Notes: a model not told the origin generated them from the sequence alone. A stretch of 64,000 nucleotides of DNA from an uncultured cyanobacterium (GCA_963793425.1 CAWCAG010000001.1:96001-160000); one strand, 5' to 3'; shown: positions 11,084 through 21,729, counted from the stretch's first letter. Translations and numbers: made by a program.

Positions 11084-11923
11084 GTGCCAGAATTACCGGA
11101 AGTTGAAACAGTCCGTAAAGGATTAAATCAACTCACTTTGCAACAAGAGATTAAGGGTGGGGAAGTGCTGCTGAAACGCAGCCTTGCCTACCCCGTTTCT
11201 GTACCTGAATTTTGGTCAGGATTGGAAGGGGTTGGAATCGCAAGTTGGCAAAGGCGGGGTAAATATTTACTCGCTCAACTTGACAATTCTGCTTATCTTG
11301 GGGTTCATTTACGCATGACAGGGCAACTTTTGTGGGTAAAGCAAACTGAACCCCTACAAAAACATACCCGCATCAGAATTTTTGTGGGAGATGAAAAAGA
11401 GTTACGTTTTGTGGATATTCGCACTTTCGGTAAAGTTTGGTTAGTGCCTCCCGGACAGGAAATAACTAAGATTATTACCGGGTTACAAAAACTAGGCCCC
11501 GAACCCTTCGATCCTGAATTTTCTTGCCAGTATTTAGGGGGAAAATTGCAGAAGACAGGGCGTTCTATTAAAGTTGCTCTTTTAGACCAGGGAATTGTTG
11601 CCGGAATTGGTAATATTTATGCTGATGAAGCCCTCTTTAAAAGCGGTATTCGTCCAGAAACTATTGCTAAGGATTTAAGTTTTGCTCAAGTTACCAGCTT
11701 ACATCGAGCTATTGTTGAAGTTTTGCAAACAGCTATTGACAAAGGTGGCACAACCTTTAGCGATTTTCTCAATTTGTTAGGAGTAAGCGGTAACTACGGG
11801 GATCAGGCCCTGGTTTATGGCAGAAAAGGGGAACCTTGCCGGTTGTGCAGTACAACCATCGAACGTATAAAGTTAGGAGGGCGTTCTGCTCATTTTTGTC
11901 CTCGTTGTCAAAAAAAAGGCTAG
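11084..11923 (+). CDS. mutM: Formamidopyrimidine-DNA glycosylase
   Basis: PELPEVE N-terminus, HLRMTG, GIGNIYADE, C-terminal zinc finger. Confidence 0.97.
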   Translation: MPELPEVETVRKGLNQLTLQQEIKGGEVLLKRSLAYPVSVPEFWSGLEGVGIASWQRRGKYLLAQLDNSAYLGVHLRMTGQLLWVKQTEPLQKHTRIRIFVGDEKELRFVDIRTFGKVWLVPPGQEITKIITGLQKLGPEPFDPEFSCQYLGGKLQKTGRSIKVALLDQGIVAGIGNIYADEALFKSGIRPETIAKDLSFAQVTSLHRAIVEVLQTAIDKGGTTFSDFLNLLGVSGNYGDQALVYGRKGEPCRLCSTTIERIKLGGRSAHFCPRCQKKG

Positions 11924-12097
11924 GAGGCTAGGGGGCTTGAGGGCTGGGGAATTAGAGAGAAAACTATTAGCCATTAGCAATTAGTAATTAACCATTAGTC
12001 AATAGTAATTAGCCAAAAGGCCACCCAAACTGTAAGCTATTGAAGTATGTCCAAATTAGTCCAGTAAACATAAATTAGGTTCTTCTAGCTTAAGCTT

Positions 12098-12316
12098 ATG
12101 GCAGGCAAGATTAAAAAAGGTTCCTTGGTTCGTGCAGTAGAAGAAAAACTAGCTAATAGTCTCGAAGCGACAGCTAGTGATACTCGGTTTCCTCCTTACA
12201 TATTTGAGAGTAAGGGAGAAGTTGTGGAAATTAATGAAGATTATGCTTTCGTGAAATTCTACGTCCCAACCCCAAATATCTGGTTCCGCATTGACCAGTT
12301 GGAGCTAGCGGAGTAA
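12098..12316 (+). CDS. ndhO: NDH-1 subunit O
   Basis: [29 protein letters not shown]. Confidence 0.92.
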   Translation: MAGKIKKGSLVRAVEEKLANSLEATASDTRFPPYIFESKGEVVEINEDYAFVKFYVPTPNIWFRIDQLELAE

Positions 12317-12332
12317 TTATTTAGTTACAATC

Positions 12333-13301
12333 ATGAATTCTTCCCCTAATTCCCTACCTAACCATAGCGCCGCCCTAGTCTCTATCATTGGGGCTGGTAA
12401 AGTGGGTAGCACCCTCGCCCAGAGAATTATCGAAAAAAACTTAGCAGATGTTGTCTTATTAGATATTGTAGAGGGTTTGCCCCAAGGCATTGCCCTCGAT
12501 CTAATGTCATCTCAAGGGTTAGAATTACATGATTGCACCATAACTGGTAGCAACGACTACAGCGACACAGCAAATTCTGATGTTGTTGTCATTACTGCTG
12601 GCTTCCCTCGTAGGCCAGGGATGGATCGCGATGATTTAATTAAGAGTAATGCCAGAATAGTTACTGATGCAGCTAGGCAAGCGATCGCTCATTCTCCTGA
12701 TGCTTTGGTTATTGTGGTAACAAATCCTTTAGATGTCATGACTTATATGGCTTGGAAGGCGACGAATCTTCCGGTGCAAAGGGTTATGGGCATGGCTGGA
12801 GTTCTTGATTCTTCTCGTCTGCAAACCTTTATCGCCATGGAGCTAAAAGTTGCTGTCAGCAATGTTAGCGCTATGGTTTTGGGTAGCCACGGAGACTTGA
12901 TGGTTCCTTTGCCCAAGTACTGCACCGTGAGCGGCATTCCTATCGCTGAAATGCTAGATGAAGTAACTATCAATAGATTAATAGAACGAACTCGCCACGG
13001 GGGAGCGGAAGTGGTTAAGCTACTAAAAACAGGAGGAGCTTACTTTGCCCCTGCTTCCTCTATTTGTTTGATGGTAGAATCCATCTTGCTCGATCAATCC
13101 CGCCTACTTCCTGGAGCAGTCTATTTACAAGGGGAATATGGCTTGAATGATATTTTCTTAGGGGTTCCTTTTCGTCTGGGAAGCCAAGGGGTAGAGAAAG
13201 TATTGGAGCTAAAATTAACTATGGCAGAACGTTCTGCCCTGCAAGTTTCTGCTGATGCAGTGAGGGAGAATATTCAAAAAGCAACCTCTTTTCTCTGTTA
13301 G
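12333..13301 (+). CDS. mdh: Malate dehydrogenase (LDH-like)
   Basis: IIGAGKVG, TAGFPRRPGMDRDDL, VTNPLD, LDSSR, GSHGD. Confidence 0.95.
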   Translation: MNSSPNSLPNHSAALVSIIGAGKVGSTLAQRIIEKNLADVVLLDIVEGLPQGIALDLMSSQGLELHDCTITGSNDYSDTANSDVVVITAGFPRRPGMDRDDLIKSNARIVTDAARQAIAHSPDALVIVVTNPLDVMTYMAWKATNLPVQRVMGMAGVLDSSRLQTFIAMELKVAVSNVSAMVLGSHGDLMVPLPKYCTVSGIPIAEMLDEVTINRLIERTRHGGAEVVKLLKTGGAYFAPASSICLMVESILLDQSRLLPGAVYLQGEYGLNDIFLGVPFRLGSQGVEKVLELKLTMAERSALQVSADAVRENIQKATSFLC

Positions 13302-13310
13302 AAAATAAGA

Positions 13311-13338
13311 TAGAGACGTTCTGTCAGAACGTCTCTAC
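13311..13338. repeat. REP-like palindrome between convergent mdh and psbY
   Basis: tagagacgttctg tc agaacgtctctac; same family as 1463-1491. Confidence 0.75.
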
Positions 13339-13366
13339 GGGCTTTTCCACTGTCAATTAGTTTTTT

Positions 13367-13486
13367 TTAGCTTTGTTTGTTCAAAAAACCTTGGGCTTGG
13401 CGCAGAGCGATAGCACCAACGTTATATAAAGCCCAACTTCCAGCCGCAATGACAGGGAGAAGAACAACTATAATTCGCCAATCCAT
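13367..13486 (-). CDS. psbY: Photosystem II protein Y (39 aa; absent from ORF track)
   Basis: Manual translation [39 protein letters not shown]; purine-rich RBS-like run upstream. Confidence 0.95.
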   Translation of the reverse strand: MDWRIIVVLLPVIAAGSWALYNVGAIALRQAQGFLNKQS

Positions 13487-13692
13487 TTTTTCCTTCCTCT
13501 CTTATATTTCTTTGTTAAGTATTTTAAACGATTCTCATTTTTTCTGATCTGATTATATTGTCACCATAGTTAGGGATTTTTTTCAAGTAGGAATTTGCTT
13601 GTTCCCATAACCTAAATAAGAAATCTATACCTCTTTTTGAGTAACTATCTTATTTTAGATATAGAAAGTTTTGCAGAGATATAAAAACACTT

Positions 13693-14136
13693 ATGGTACG
13701 TCTTCGGTCTATTTTGCCCTTAATTCTGGCTTTGTTTGCCACCTTCTTGGTGAGTTGCGGTTCCGGTGTAGCCCAAGCGCCTCCTACCTATACACCAGAA
13801 AAAGTTGCTCAAATTGAAACTGCTTTGATTCCCATTAAGCAAGCTCAGGAAAAACTCCCCAAATTAGCTCAATTAATTGCCGATCAGGACTGGATTGATG
13901 TTAGGAATTTTATCCATGGCCCCATGGGATTGTTGCGACGTAACATGAGCTATGTATCTCGCCAGCTTTTAGAGAAAGATCAAGGGCCAGCTAATGAATT
14001 AGCCAAAGAAGTCTTTGCTGATTTTGACAGCCTTGATCTGGCAGCTAAAGAGCAAAGTCTTGTTGCTACTTCCGAAAGCTTTTACGAAATAGTTGAAGAT
14101 TTTGAAGAATTTCTCCAATTCGTTCCTACCAACTAG
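13693..14136 (+). CDS. psbQ: Photosystem II lipoprotein CyanoQ
   Basis: Lipobox LVSC, PPTYT, WIDVRNFIHGPMG.LR. Confidence 0.93.
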   Translation: MVRLRSILPLILALFATFLVSCGSGVAQAPPTYTPEKVAQIETALIPIKQAQEKLPKLAQLIADQDWIDVRNFIHGPMGLLRRNMSYVSRQLLEKDQGPANELAKEVFADFDSLDLAAKEQSLVATSESFYEIVEDFEEFLQFVPTN

Positions 14137-14141
14137 TAGAA

Positions 14142-15247
14142 ATGCCCAGAGTCACTATTATTGGTGCTGGTGTAATTGGTGCTGGAATCGCCTATGAGCT
14201 AAGTTTGGTGGAGGGGTTAAGAATCACTCTTCTGGAACGAGAAACTCCTGCCTATGGCTCCACAGGGGCTGCTTTAGGGGTGTTGATGGGAGCGATTAGC
14301 CATAAAGTAAAAGGTAAGCCTTGGCGGTGGCGAAAAACCAGCCTCCAGCGTTATGAAACTTTGATACCAGAGTTATTAGCTTTAACCGGGAAGCAAGTAT
14401 CTTTTAACCGCCAAGGTATTATCAAGTTAAGGTTTGTGGGGGAAGATGTTTCTCATTGGGAAAAACTGGTTACCAAACGCCATAGCCAAGATTGGGCTTT
14501 GGAAATTTGGCATTTGTCTCAGTTACAAGCTCAATGTCCCCAAATTCAAAATGAGCGGGTTATCGGTGCGGTTTATTCTCCCCAAGATCGCCAGGTAAAT
14601 CCTCGCCAGTTAACAGAGGCTTTGGTGGCCGCAGCAGAGTTGAAAGGGGTTAAATGCCAATTTGGGGTTGAGGTAGAAAAGGTAGTCCCCAATGACTACC
14701 AAAACCCTACTTCCTATGAACTTCATACCACCTCCGGTATCATAGAAACCCAGTGGTTAATTATAGCCGCAGGTAATGGTTCAACTCCTTTAACAACTTC
14801 CCTTAACCAACCTGTAGATATTCGTCCAGTTTTAGGGCAAGCATTGCAAGTTGAGTTAAAACAACCTCTGGGCAATCCTGACTTTCAACCAGTGATTACC
14901 GGGGAAGATACCCATATTGTCCCTTTAGGTGATAATCAATATTGGTTAGGGGCAACGGTAGAATTTCCGAATCAAGAAGGGAAAGTATTTGCTCAAGAAG
15001 TTTGTTTAGAAGAGTTAAAAAATAAGGGAATCGCCCTTTGTCCAGCTTTGGCACAGGCGAGGATTGTTCATACTTGGTCAGGTAATCGTCCTCGTCCTGA
15101 AGGAAGGCCGGCCCCATTGTGGAAGAATTACCGGCCCACCCTCAAGTACTCTTAGCTACAGCCCATTATCGCAACGGTGTACTCCTCGCCCCAGCTACGG
15201 CTTTAGCAATTAAAAGTTGGTTTGTAGAAGAAAAAAATACTTTTTAA
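14142..15247 (+). CDS. FAD-dependent oxidoreductase (glycine oxidase/DAO family); one frameshift at ~15113
   Basis: IIGAGVIG; adding one C to the C-run at 15112-15115 continues as IVEELPAHPQVLLATAHYRNGVLLAPATA to TAA 15247. Confidence 0.85.
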
Positions 15248-15255
15248 GTTGAGAA

Positions 15256-15744
15256 TTATTCATCAACAATAATCTTCAACCGGGCATTTTTCTGAGCAGA
15301 ATTTTGCACCCAAAACTTCGTAACTGGAGTTTCGAGATCCCGATTGATTTTTAAAGGTTTGCCTGCGGTGCAAGTGTAAGTTTTGAAGTTATCACCGCAG
15401 GGCAAAGCGATATCTCCTGGTTCGATTTTGACGGTTATTGCTGTAGCGGGAGGGTTTAATTTAATGGTTTGCCTAGCTGTTTCTGGCAATATTAAGAGAT
15501 TGTAGTTTTTCAGAGGTTCCTTAACTGGGATATTCTCCGGGAGGGATTCTTGAGCTTGTTTTTGTAATAAATTATCTTCCCCCTTGGGTAGCACAACTTC
15601 TTGAGGAAGAGATTCTTTTACAGGGAGATTTTCTGAAGCGGGAGGTAAAGCGGTTTCTGCTTGTACGGGTAAAGCTATAGTTAGTAAGAAGAAAACAATG
15701 CTGATAATAATAATTTTTGGTTTCATTGGTATTTTTTCTGACAA
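15256..15744 (-). CDS. Hypothetical exported protein
   Basis: Signal peptide ending VQA; Pro/Glu-rich linker. Confidence 0.65.
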   Translation of the reverse strand: MSEKIPMKPKIIIISIVFFLLTIALPVQAETALPPASENLPVKESLPQEVVLPKGEDNLLQKQAQESLPENIPVKEPLKNYNLLILPETARQTIKLNPPATAITVKIEPGDIALPCGDNFKTYTCTAGKPLKINRDLETPVTKFWVQNSAQKNARLKIIVDE

Positions 15745-15868
15745 TAACTTACCTTATAACATTTAATATTTATCATTCACTTCTTTAAGCTATTAGGAAT
15801 GTAAACTGCGTATTATCGAATCAACGAAAATAAGCTGTAATTCTTTACTATTCACCTCTCCCCACTCC

Positions 15869-16495
15869 CTAGCGCTGTTTATTACCTACTTCTGATTGAC
15901 CTGGTTGACTTAATTGGGGTTGCTCTTGCTGGAAGCTATAGCCTAGCCAAATAAAGCCACCTCCAAAAACACTAATCATGCCAATTAAAATAACTGTGAG
16001 CAATTTTACTTGAGAGCGAAGTAAATCTACTTCTTGGTTACTTTTTTGAATTTGAGATTGAGGAGGAGTTTCTTCAATACCGAGCTTTTTACGAGCAACT
16101 TCTTCAATAATTTTCTCTTCTTTCTGATTAAATGTAACTTGAGAATGGAGCCAATTAGCAATTAATTCTGGGCAGTTTTTTTTGACCCAGCGCATAGCCA
16201 CTATTTTAAACAAGGGCTTAGACATTTTCGCTATTGGTTTCATCACTTTGTTGATAAAATGCGAGCGAAACTTTTGGTCAATGAGGTTTATTGAACCTAT
16301 ATCATAGAGACAATCTAAGATTAGCTTGATAGTAACCTCTTCTCTTTGAGTTAAATGTTCAAGAAGGAAAAAAACTTGAGACATCAGTTCTTTTTCTTTT
16401 TTATCTTTTTCTGAAAGCGGCTCGATTTCAGCTAGATTTTCTGAGGAGGGCTTCATCTTTATCTTGCTCTTCCAACTTTGACTCTTTGGGTACAA
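15869..16495 (-). CDS. Cyanobacterial hypothetical protein with C-terminal TM helix
   Basis: LILDCLYDIGSINLI core, single hydrophobic helix. Confidence 0.7.
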   Translation of the reverse strand: MYPKSQSWKSKIKMKPSSENLAEIEPLSEKDKKEKELMSQVFFLLEHLTQREEVTIKLILDCLYDIGSINLIDQKFRSHFINKVMKPIAKMSKPLFKIVAMRWVKKNCPELIANWLHSQVTFNQKEEKIIEEVARKKLGIEETPPQSQIQKSNQEVDLLRSQVKLLTVILIGMISVFGGGFIWLGYSFQQEQPQLSQPGQSEVGNKQR

Positions 16496-16645
16496 TAGCT
16501 GCTAATCGTTGCTTTTATATTATATAGGAGAAGTAAGCAAAGCCCACTGCCTACGAATCTCCAAGCTAATGAAAACGGGTAGCCTCTACAGAGAATGTTA
16601 GTTTAATGGTCAATGTTTAATGTTTAATGATAAATCCACTAGCCA

Positions 16646-17287
16646 TTAGCAAGATTTGTCGTCATACCAAACCTGACGATAAATCAACTCTAACTCGCTT
16701 CCCACCTCATAAAAATAATCCATTTGCTGAGATTGCAAAGTTACTAAGGTACGAAATATTAACAAAGCCATAATTGCCACTATCATACCTGTAGCTGTGG
16801 TTAAAAGAGCCTCGCCAATACCTTGGGCGACCCCAGCCGCTTCTTCCGTTGAACCGCCGCTACCAATATTTAAGTTATTGAAAGTACCAATCAAACCCGT
16901 CACCGTACCCAACAAACCTAATAAAGGAGACACCGCCACGATAGTTTCTAAGATTTTGTCTCCTGTACGCATCTTTATAAACTCGCGATCGCCTGCCGCT
17001 TCCATGGCTAAACGAAAGGTTTCTGGGGTGGGCTTTTTCAACTTTAAAGGTGCAATCAAAAAGCGTCCAATCGGTAAATTTTGGGCTGAGTTAGCAATTT
17101 CCGCTGCTTTATCAAGATCATAATGGGCAGCTTCAAGCACATCCTTAACAAGGCGATTTTCTTGAGTTAACAGTCGTAACCAAAACCAACTACGTTCAAT
17201 GGCACAAGCTACAGTGATTACCGATAAAGCAAGGAGAGGCCACATAATTGGGCCGCCTTGAGTAATTAAACTAGATACGCGAGTCAT
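16646..17287 (-). CDS. exbB: MotA/TolQ/ExbB proton channel protein
   Basis: GGPIMWPL, PLLGLLGTVTGLI, GIGEALLTTATG. Confidence 0.92.
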   Translation of the reverse strand: MTRVSSLITQGGPIMWPLLALSVITVACAIERSWFWLRLLTQENRLVKDVLEAAHYDLDKAAEIANSAQNLPIGRFLIAPLKLKKPTPETFRLAMEAAGDREFIKMRTGDKILETIVAVSPLLGLLGTVTGLIGTFNNLNIGSGGSTEEAAGVAQGIGEALLTTATGMIVAIMALLIFRTLVTLQSQQMDYFYEVGSELELIYRQVWYDDKSC

Positions 17288-17734
17288 GAAATATTTCAGT
17301 TAAAACCACTAGTCGGGAATAAAATCTGTTCAATAATAGATGACGGAATTCCCGAACTTTTATTCCCGAAAGGCCCTTTTTTATTGAAAATATAGTGTTG
17401 TGTAAGGGAAAACACGCTGAAAACAGCTATAATAGAGCGTATGTAAGAGAAAATACTCGAAAAGCAGCCAATACAACCAAATAGACAGAAAATCAGTAAT
17501 TCAAGTCACAATATCGTGGTTTTCTTGATCACTAAAGCAGCCTTCTAAGCTCACACTCATAAGGCCGGTTTTTGATTAATGTATATATGGCGAAGAAAAA
17601 AACCTTTGCTGCTGGCGGGAGAAATGAGATGCTAAACCCTTTCCCCCAAATCCAACTCCCAGCATCTCATTGATTATTCCCAAAAGCGTAGCAATTTTTA
17701 TCATCAGTTAGTTAATTAATTTGGTGATAGAGGT

Positions 17735-17843
17735 TGAAAGCTTTTCGGTTGAGAGCTTTTCTCCGTAGTAAGAGATAAACCGTAAATCATCGCGAACACC
17801 TTGGTTGAGTGGCTGCTATTCTTTTTAGAGTGGCAGTCTTTTC
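17735..17843 (+). ncRNA. Candidate sRNA (possibly PsrR1/SyR1-like); 5' end uncertain
   Basis: Plus-strand terminator with no plus-strand CDS upstream; internal hairpin aagctttt-cggtt-gagagctt; core TAAATCATCGCGAACACC recalled as PsrR1-like (unverified). Confidence 0.45.
17811..17843 (+). terminator. Rho-independent terminator
   Basis: GGCTGCTATTCT-tttt-AGAGTGGCAGTC (12-bp stem with G-U pairs) followed by TTTTT. Confidence 0.75.
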
Positions 17844-17978
17844 ATTGCCAGTTGCAATGGCAAAAATCTTAAATTAACAAACGCTATAGCAATAACCAAA
17901 ACAATTAGAACAGAACTGAAGCCTAAAACTTAGACATAGCAACTGTTCCTCTCCTACTCCCTACTCCCTGCTTATAAA

Positions 17979-18059
17979 TGCGGACGGAGAGACTCGAACT
18001 CTCACATCAAAGACACTAGAACCTAAATCTAGCGCGTCTACCAATTCCGCCACGTCCGC
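17979..18059 (-). tRNA. trnL: tRNA-Leu(TAG)
   Basis: GCGGACGTGGCGGAATTGGTAGACGCG CTAGA-TTTAGGT-TCTAG, long variable arm, GTTCGAG T-loop. Confidence 0.97.
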
Positions 18060-18127
18060 AGGCATTTTACAACTAGTCAATTGATATAGTAACAAAATGC
18101 CGACGCTAAGTCATCAAATAAATTAAC

Positions 18128-19699
18128 TTAAATTTGGCAACGCTTACGAGCCGCAGTATACTCAGGTTCTTGCCAAGAAAAAGCAAAATGGCTAACAGCA
18201 TTGATTTGAGGGAATTCTTGGCGTAGTGCTGCCATCTGAATTTCTAAGGAAGGACGGCCTGTATGGGAAGCCCCCCAAACCCCTGCTAAAACGGGCATAA
18301 CCTTATTAGTTTTATTTTTAGCTCCCTTCATTACCCATTCAACCTCATCCACAATACAACTAGCTTTGTTGCAAACAGCATAGGACATAGGATGTAACCG
18401 AATCGTATCGGGGAATTGGTCCCAAGGTTGAAGGCGAGAATCATATCCTTGCTGCCCTACCCCTCGGTTGCCATAGGGGAAAAAGACAGCCCCCGCCGGA
18501 ATACCTTGACTTTCAGAAATGCGAGATGCCAACGAAAGAAAATCAATTACCCCTTGGGCAGCATGAGCAACACTAAGACTCCATAATTCTTGTTGGATCT
18601 GATTGCGTAATGCCCCATCATAAATAGAGTTGACTAATTTAGTGGTTTGGGCAGGATCTGTTGATTGCTTGTCTAACTGGCTTTGTTCTTGAGGAGTGGG
18701 TGTACGCCCTTGCCAAAGAGGAGGCCCTTCATCAGGATATAAACGAACCATATCCTGGAAGTCTTGGCTTGTCAGAGAACCTCGACTTAAATATTTCTCA
18801 ATTAATAACTTACCACGATTATTTAGCGATCGCCGCAACAAAGTTTCTCGCGAAGCATCACCATAAATCCACAAATCCTTAACTTTGCTAGCCACAGAAG
18901 CTGCCCCTGTACCACGGGGATAGCGAATATAATCAAACATGATTTCATCGGGCTTCCTTTTGACCACTTCCCGCACTAACTGGCTATACTGCTGTCGGGC
19001 TTGGGAGTTGTACGGGTCAATAAAAGCTTCTGAATGTCCCACATCAAAAGCCAAACTATTATCTCCCTGACCATTTAAAGCTAAGGTACTACGTGTCTGG
19101 GGGTTTTGACCATAGGCATAACCAAAGTTCATCGAGAACATCCAAGCATTAACTTTTAAGCCTCTTTTACGCCCTTTCTCAATCACCTCAGCTAATAAAT
19201 CTCGATTCTCATCCCCAGGAGTCCGTAACATGGAAAGCCAAGGAGTTGGGTTATCAGCCACCGGTAAGAGAACTTGACTATTACCAAAGGTTTCTATATA
19301 AACTTCGTTGTAGCCTAAGTTAACGATTCGGTCTAAGGTTTGTTCCAAAACTCCTGATTTGGCATCGCAGGGATGGAGACGTAACCAAATACCTTGGGAT
19401 CTTGGCCAATTACGAGAGCGACACAGGTTTAAAAGATCCCCATGCTTCTTGAGCATATTTTGGTAGCTGGCTTCTGCGTTGGCATCTCCTTTAACCCAAG
19501 CTTGGCGAAGATTTTCCTTTTCTGTAATTGCTTGGGCATTAAAGCGACAATATTCTCTAATTTGGGCGCTAGCTGGGACGCTAAAAAGACATTGGCTAAC
19601 TAAACCACTCATGGTCATCAACCCAGTTACCAAAAAGTTTAAAGTACGTTTCCTTGCAGGTTTAGATTTTAAAAGTAGGGTTTTTGACGGTGATTTCAT
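18128..19699 (-). CDS. Family-10-like glycosyl hydrolase (GHL10/DUF187), probably exported
   Basis: GIWLRL, GYNEVY, GLKVNAW, FDYIRYP motifs; N-terminal signal. Confidence 0.8.
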   Translation of the reverse strand: MKSPSKTLLLKSKPARKRTLNFLVTGLMTMSGLVSQCLFSVPASAQIREYCRFNAQAITEKENLRQAWVKGDANAEASYQNMLKKHGDLLNLCRSRNWPRSQGIWLRLHPCDAKSGVLEQTLDRIVNLGYNEVYIETFGNSQVLLPVADNPTPWLSMLRTPGDENRDLLAEVIEKGRKRGLKVNAWMFSMNFGYAYGQNPQTRSTLALNGQGDNSLAFDVGHSEAFIDPYNSQARQQYSQLVREVVKRKPDEIMFDYIRYPRGTGAASVASKVKDLWIYGDASRETLLRRSLNNRGKLLIEKYLSRGSLTSQDFQDMVRLYPDEGPPLWQGRTPTPQEQSQLDKQSTDPAQTTKLVNSIYDGALRNQIQQELWSLSVAHAAQGVIDFLSLASRISESQGIPAGAVFFPYGNRGVGQQGYDSRLQPWDQFPDTIRLHPMSYAVCNKASCIVDEVEWVMKGAKNKTNKVMPVLAGVWGASHTGRPSLEIQMAALRQEFPQINAVSHFAFSWQEPEYTAARKRCQI

Positions 19700-19982
19700 G
19701 GAATCGCTTAACTATAAAAATTGATACTCTTGTTCTGTCAGCAGTGGTATAGATACACTCAATAAATAGATAATATAGGGAATTTGACCCTAAGCATGAG
19801 ATTCAACCAATAACTTAAGTTTGGCAATCTTTTGCCCCAAGTTTCCCTTAATGATTCAGTCCAATATACTTTAGTTCCGGATACTGGTGGGAAATGGGGA
19901 GACATCGGAGGTGGGCAGACTAAGAAAATAGGTAAAAATAAACAAAAAAATTGGGTCTGATTTCTCAAACCCTAGCTTGGTA

Positions 19983-20012
19983 AATTATCAATTATCAATT
20001 ATCAATTATCAA
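19983..20012. repeat. Heptamer tandem repeat (AATTATC)n, STRR-type
   Basis: aattatc x4 just past the psb27 stop. Confidence 0.8.
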
Positions 20013-20013
20013 A

Positions 20014-20424
20014 CTATCTACCCCGCTTCAGAGCAATTTCTACTTGCTTAAACTCTTGCCTTAAACGTTTTTCCAATTTCGCTGATAAAGGACGGCTAGA
20101 ATAAGCGCTATAATAACCAGCCAAAGAATTTAAGGCTGTTTGCATAGTTGTGAAAGAGCGCAAACCAGCAACTTTACTATTTCTGCGATAGCGAGAAGTA
20201 TAATCGTTAATTTGTTCCCGTAATTGATTAACAGATTCTATACGTTCAGGGGCATCATTTGCTAACTCAATATTTGTGTTAACGCTACTAAGCAAAGTTT
20301 GAGTATCTTGACCATAGTTTCCTGTTAGCCCTGTAGTACTATTGGCACTAGAGCAGCCCATTAAGCCCATAGTAACCACAAGAAGTAAAGCCATTAAACG
20401 AGATAAAAAAGGTTTTAGACGCAT
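20014..20424 (-). CDS. psb27: Photosystem II assembly lipoprotein Psb27
   Basis: Lipobox LMGC; LTGNY.QDT; SFTTMQTALNSLAGYY. Confidence 0.96.
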   Translation of the reverse strand: MRLKPFLSRLMALLLVVTMGLMGCSSANSTTGLTGNYGQDTQTLLSSVNTNIELANDAPERIESVNQLREQINDYTSRYRRNSKVAGLRSFTTMQTALNSLAGYYSAYSSRPLSAKLEKRLRQEFKQVEIALKRGR

Positions 20425-20596
20425 GATTTATGTTACTAAAATTACAAATTACTATCGATCCTACCAAGAATTGAGAATTAATTGCTAGTTGCTAATGGTT
20501 AATAGCTGGTGGCTAATTTTAAGAACTTTATCTTTGAGGCAGTTTATGTTCCTCTTACCGTCAAAATAGTTCCAACGTCTAAGTTGAAGGAACAAA

Positions 20597-21679
20597 ATGG
20601 GCGAAAAAAAGCGAATTGGTATTCTCACTAGCGGCGGTGATTGTGCTGGCTTAAATGCTGTGATTAGAGCAGTTGTACAATGTGCTGTCGGGAAGTATGA
20701 CTGGGAAGTTTTGGGCATTTGTCGGGCTACCCAAGGATTAATGAACAATCCACCGGAAGTTCAGCATTTAGATCCCCATCAAGTTGATATGTGGTTAACC
20801 AGGGGGGGAACTATGTTGGGAACAACTAATAAAGGTAACCCTTTTGCTTTTCCCCTAGCTGATGGACAGGTAAAAGACTGCTCAGAAGAGATTATTGCTA
20901 ATTACTATCAGCTAGGGTTAGAAGCCTTAATTGGGGTTGGTGGAGATGGCAGTTTAGCAATCCTACGCCGTCTGGCTCAACAGGGTGGTATCAATATGGT
21001 AGGGATTCCTAAAACCATTGATAATGATGTGGGGGTGACAGAAAAATCAATTGGTTTTGATACCGCTGTTAACATTGCCACAGAAGCTTTAGATAGACTT
21101 CATTTCACCGCAGCTAGCCATAGCAGAGTAATGATCCTCGAAGTGATGGGAAGAGATGCCGGACATATTGCCCTGAATGCAGGCATTGCTGGAGGCGCTC
21201 ATGTTATTCTTATTCCCGAAATTCCTTATAAAATTGAGAGAGTTTGCCATAAAATTAGGGAACGTCAAGCCCAAGGACAAAATTTTTCTTTAGTGATTGT
21301 TTCTGAAGCTGTTTGTACAGAAGCAGGAGAACAAGTAACTAAAATGGAGCAGTTTGGCGAATGCCGCTTAGGAGGCATCGGCCAGTATATCTCTGAACAA
21401 GTTGCCCAAGGTACAGGGGCAGAAACGAGGGTAACTGTGTTGGGGCATATTCAACGAGGTGGTATACCTTCTCCTTTAGATCGGGTTTTGGGTTCTGCTT
21501 TTGGGGTAGCAGCAGTGGATTTAATCGCCCAAGAAAAGTATGATCACATGGTTAGTTGGCAAGATCGTCAAATAGTTAGCGTACCCATCGCTGAGGCGAT
21601 TAAAGACTACCGAGCAATAGATCCTCAAGGCACTTTAGCGAATACAGCTAGGGGTTTAGGTATTTGTTTGGGTGAATAG
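20597..21679 (+). CDS. pfkA: ATP-dependent 6-phosphofructokinase
   Basis: TSGGDCAGLN, GGDGS, PKTIDND, EVMGRDAG, LGHIQRGG. Confidence 0.96.
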   Translation: MGEKKRIGILTSGGDCAGLNAVIRAVVQCAVGKYDWEVLGICRATQGLMNNPPEVQHLDPHQVDMWLTRGGTMLGTTNKGNPFAFPLADGQVKDCSEEIIANYYQLGLEALIGVGGDGSLAILRRLAQQGGINMVGIPKTIDNDVGVTEKSIGFDTAVNIATEALDRLHFTAASHSRVMILEVMGRDAGHIALNAGIAGGAHVILIPEIPYKIERVCHKIRERQAQGQNFSLVIVSEAVCTEAGEQVTKMEQFGECRLGGIGQYISEQVAQGTGAETRVTVLGHIQRGGIPSPLDRVLGSAFGVAAVDLIAQEKYDHMVSWQDRQIVSVPIAEAIKDYRAIDPQGTLANTARGLGICLGE

Positions 21680-21729
21680 CTAATTGCTAATTGCTAGTTG
21701 CTAGCAGTGACAGGCAGTTGTCATGTTCT

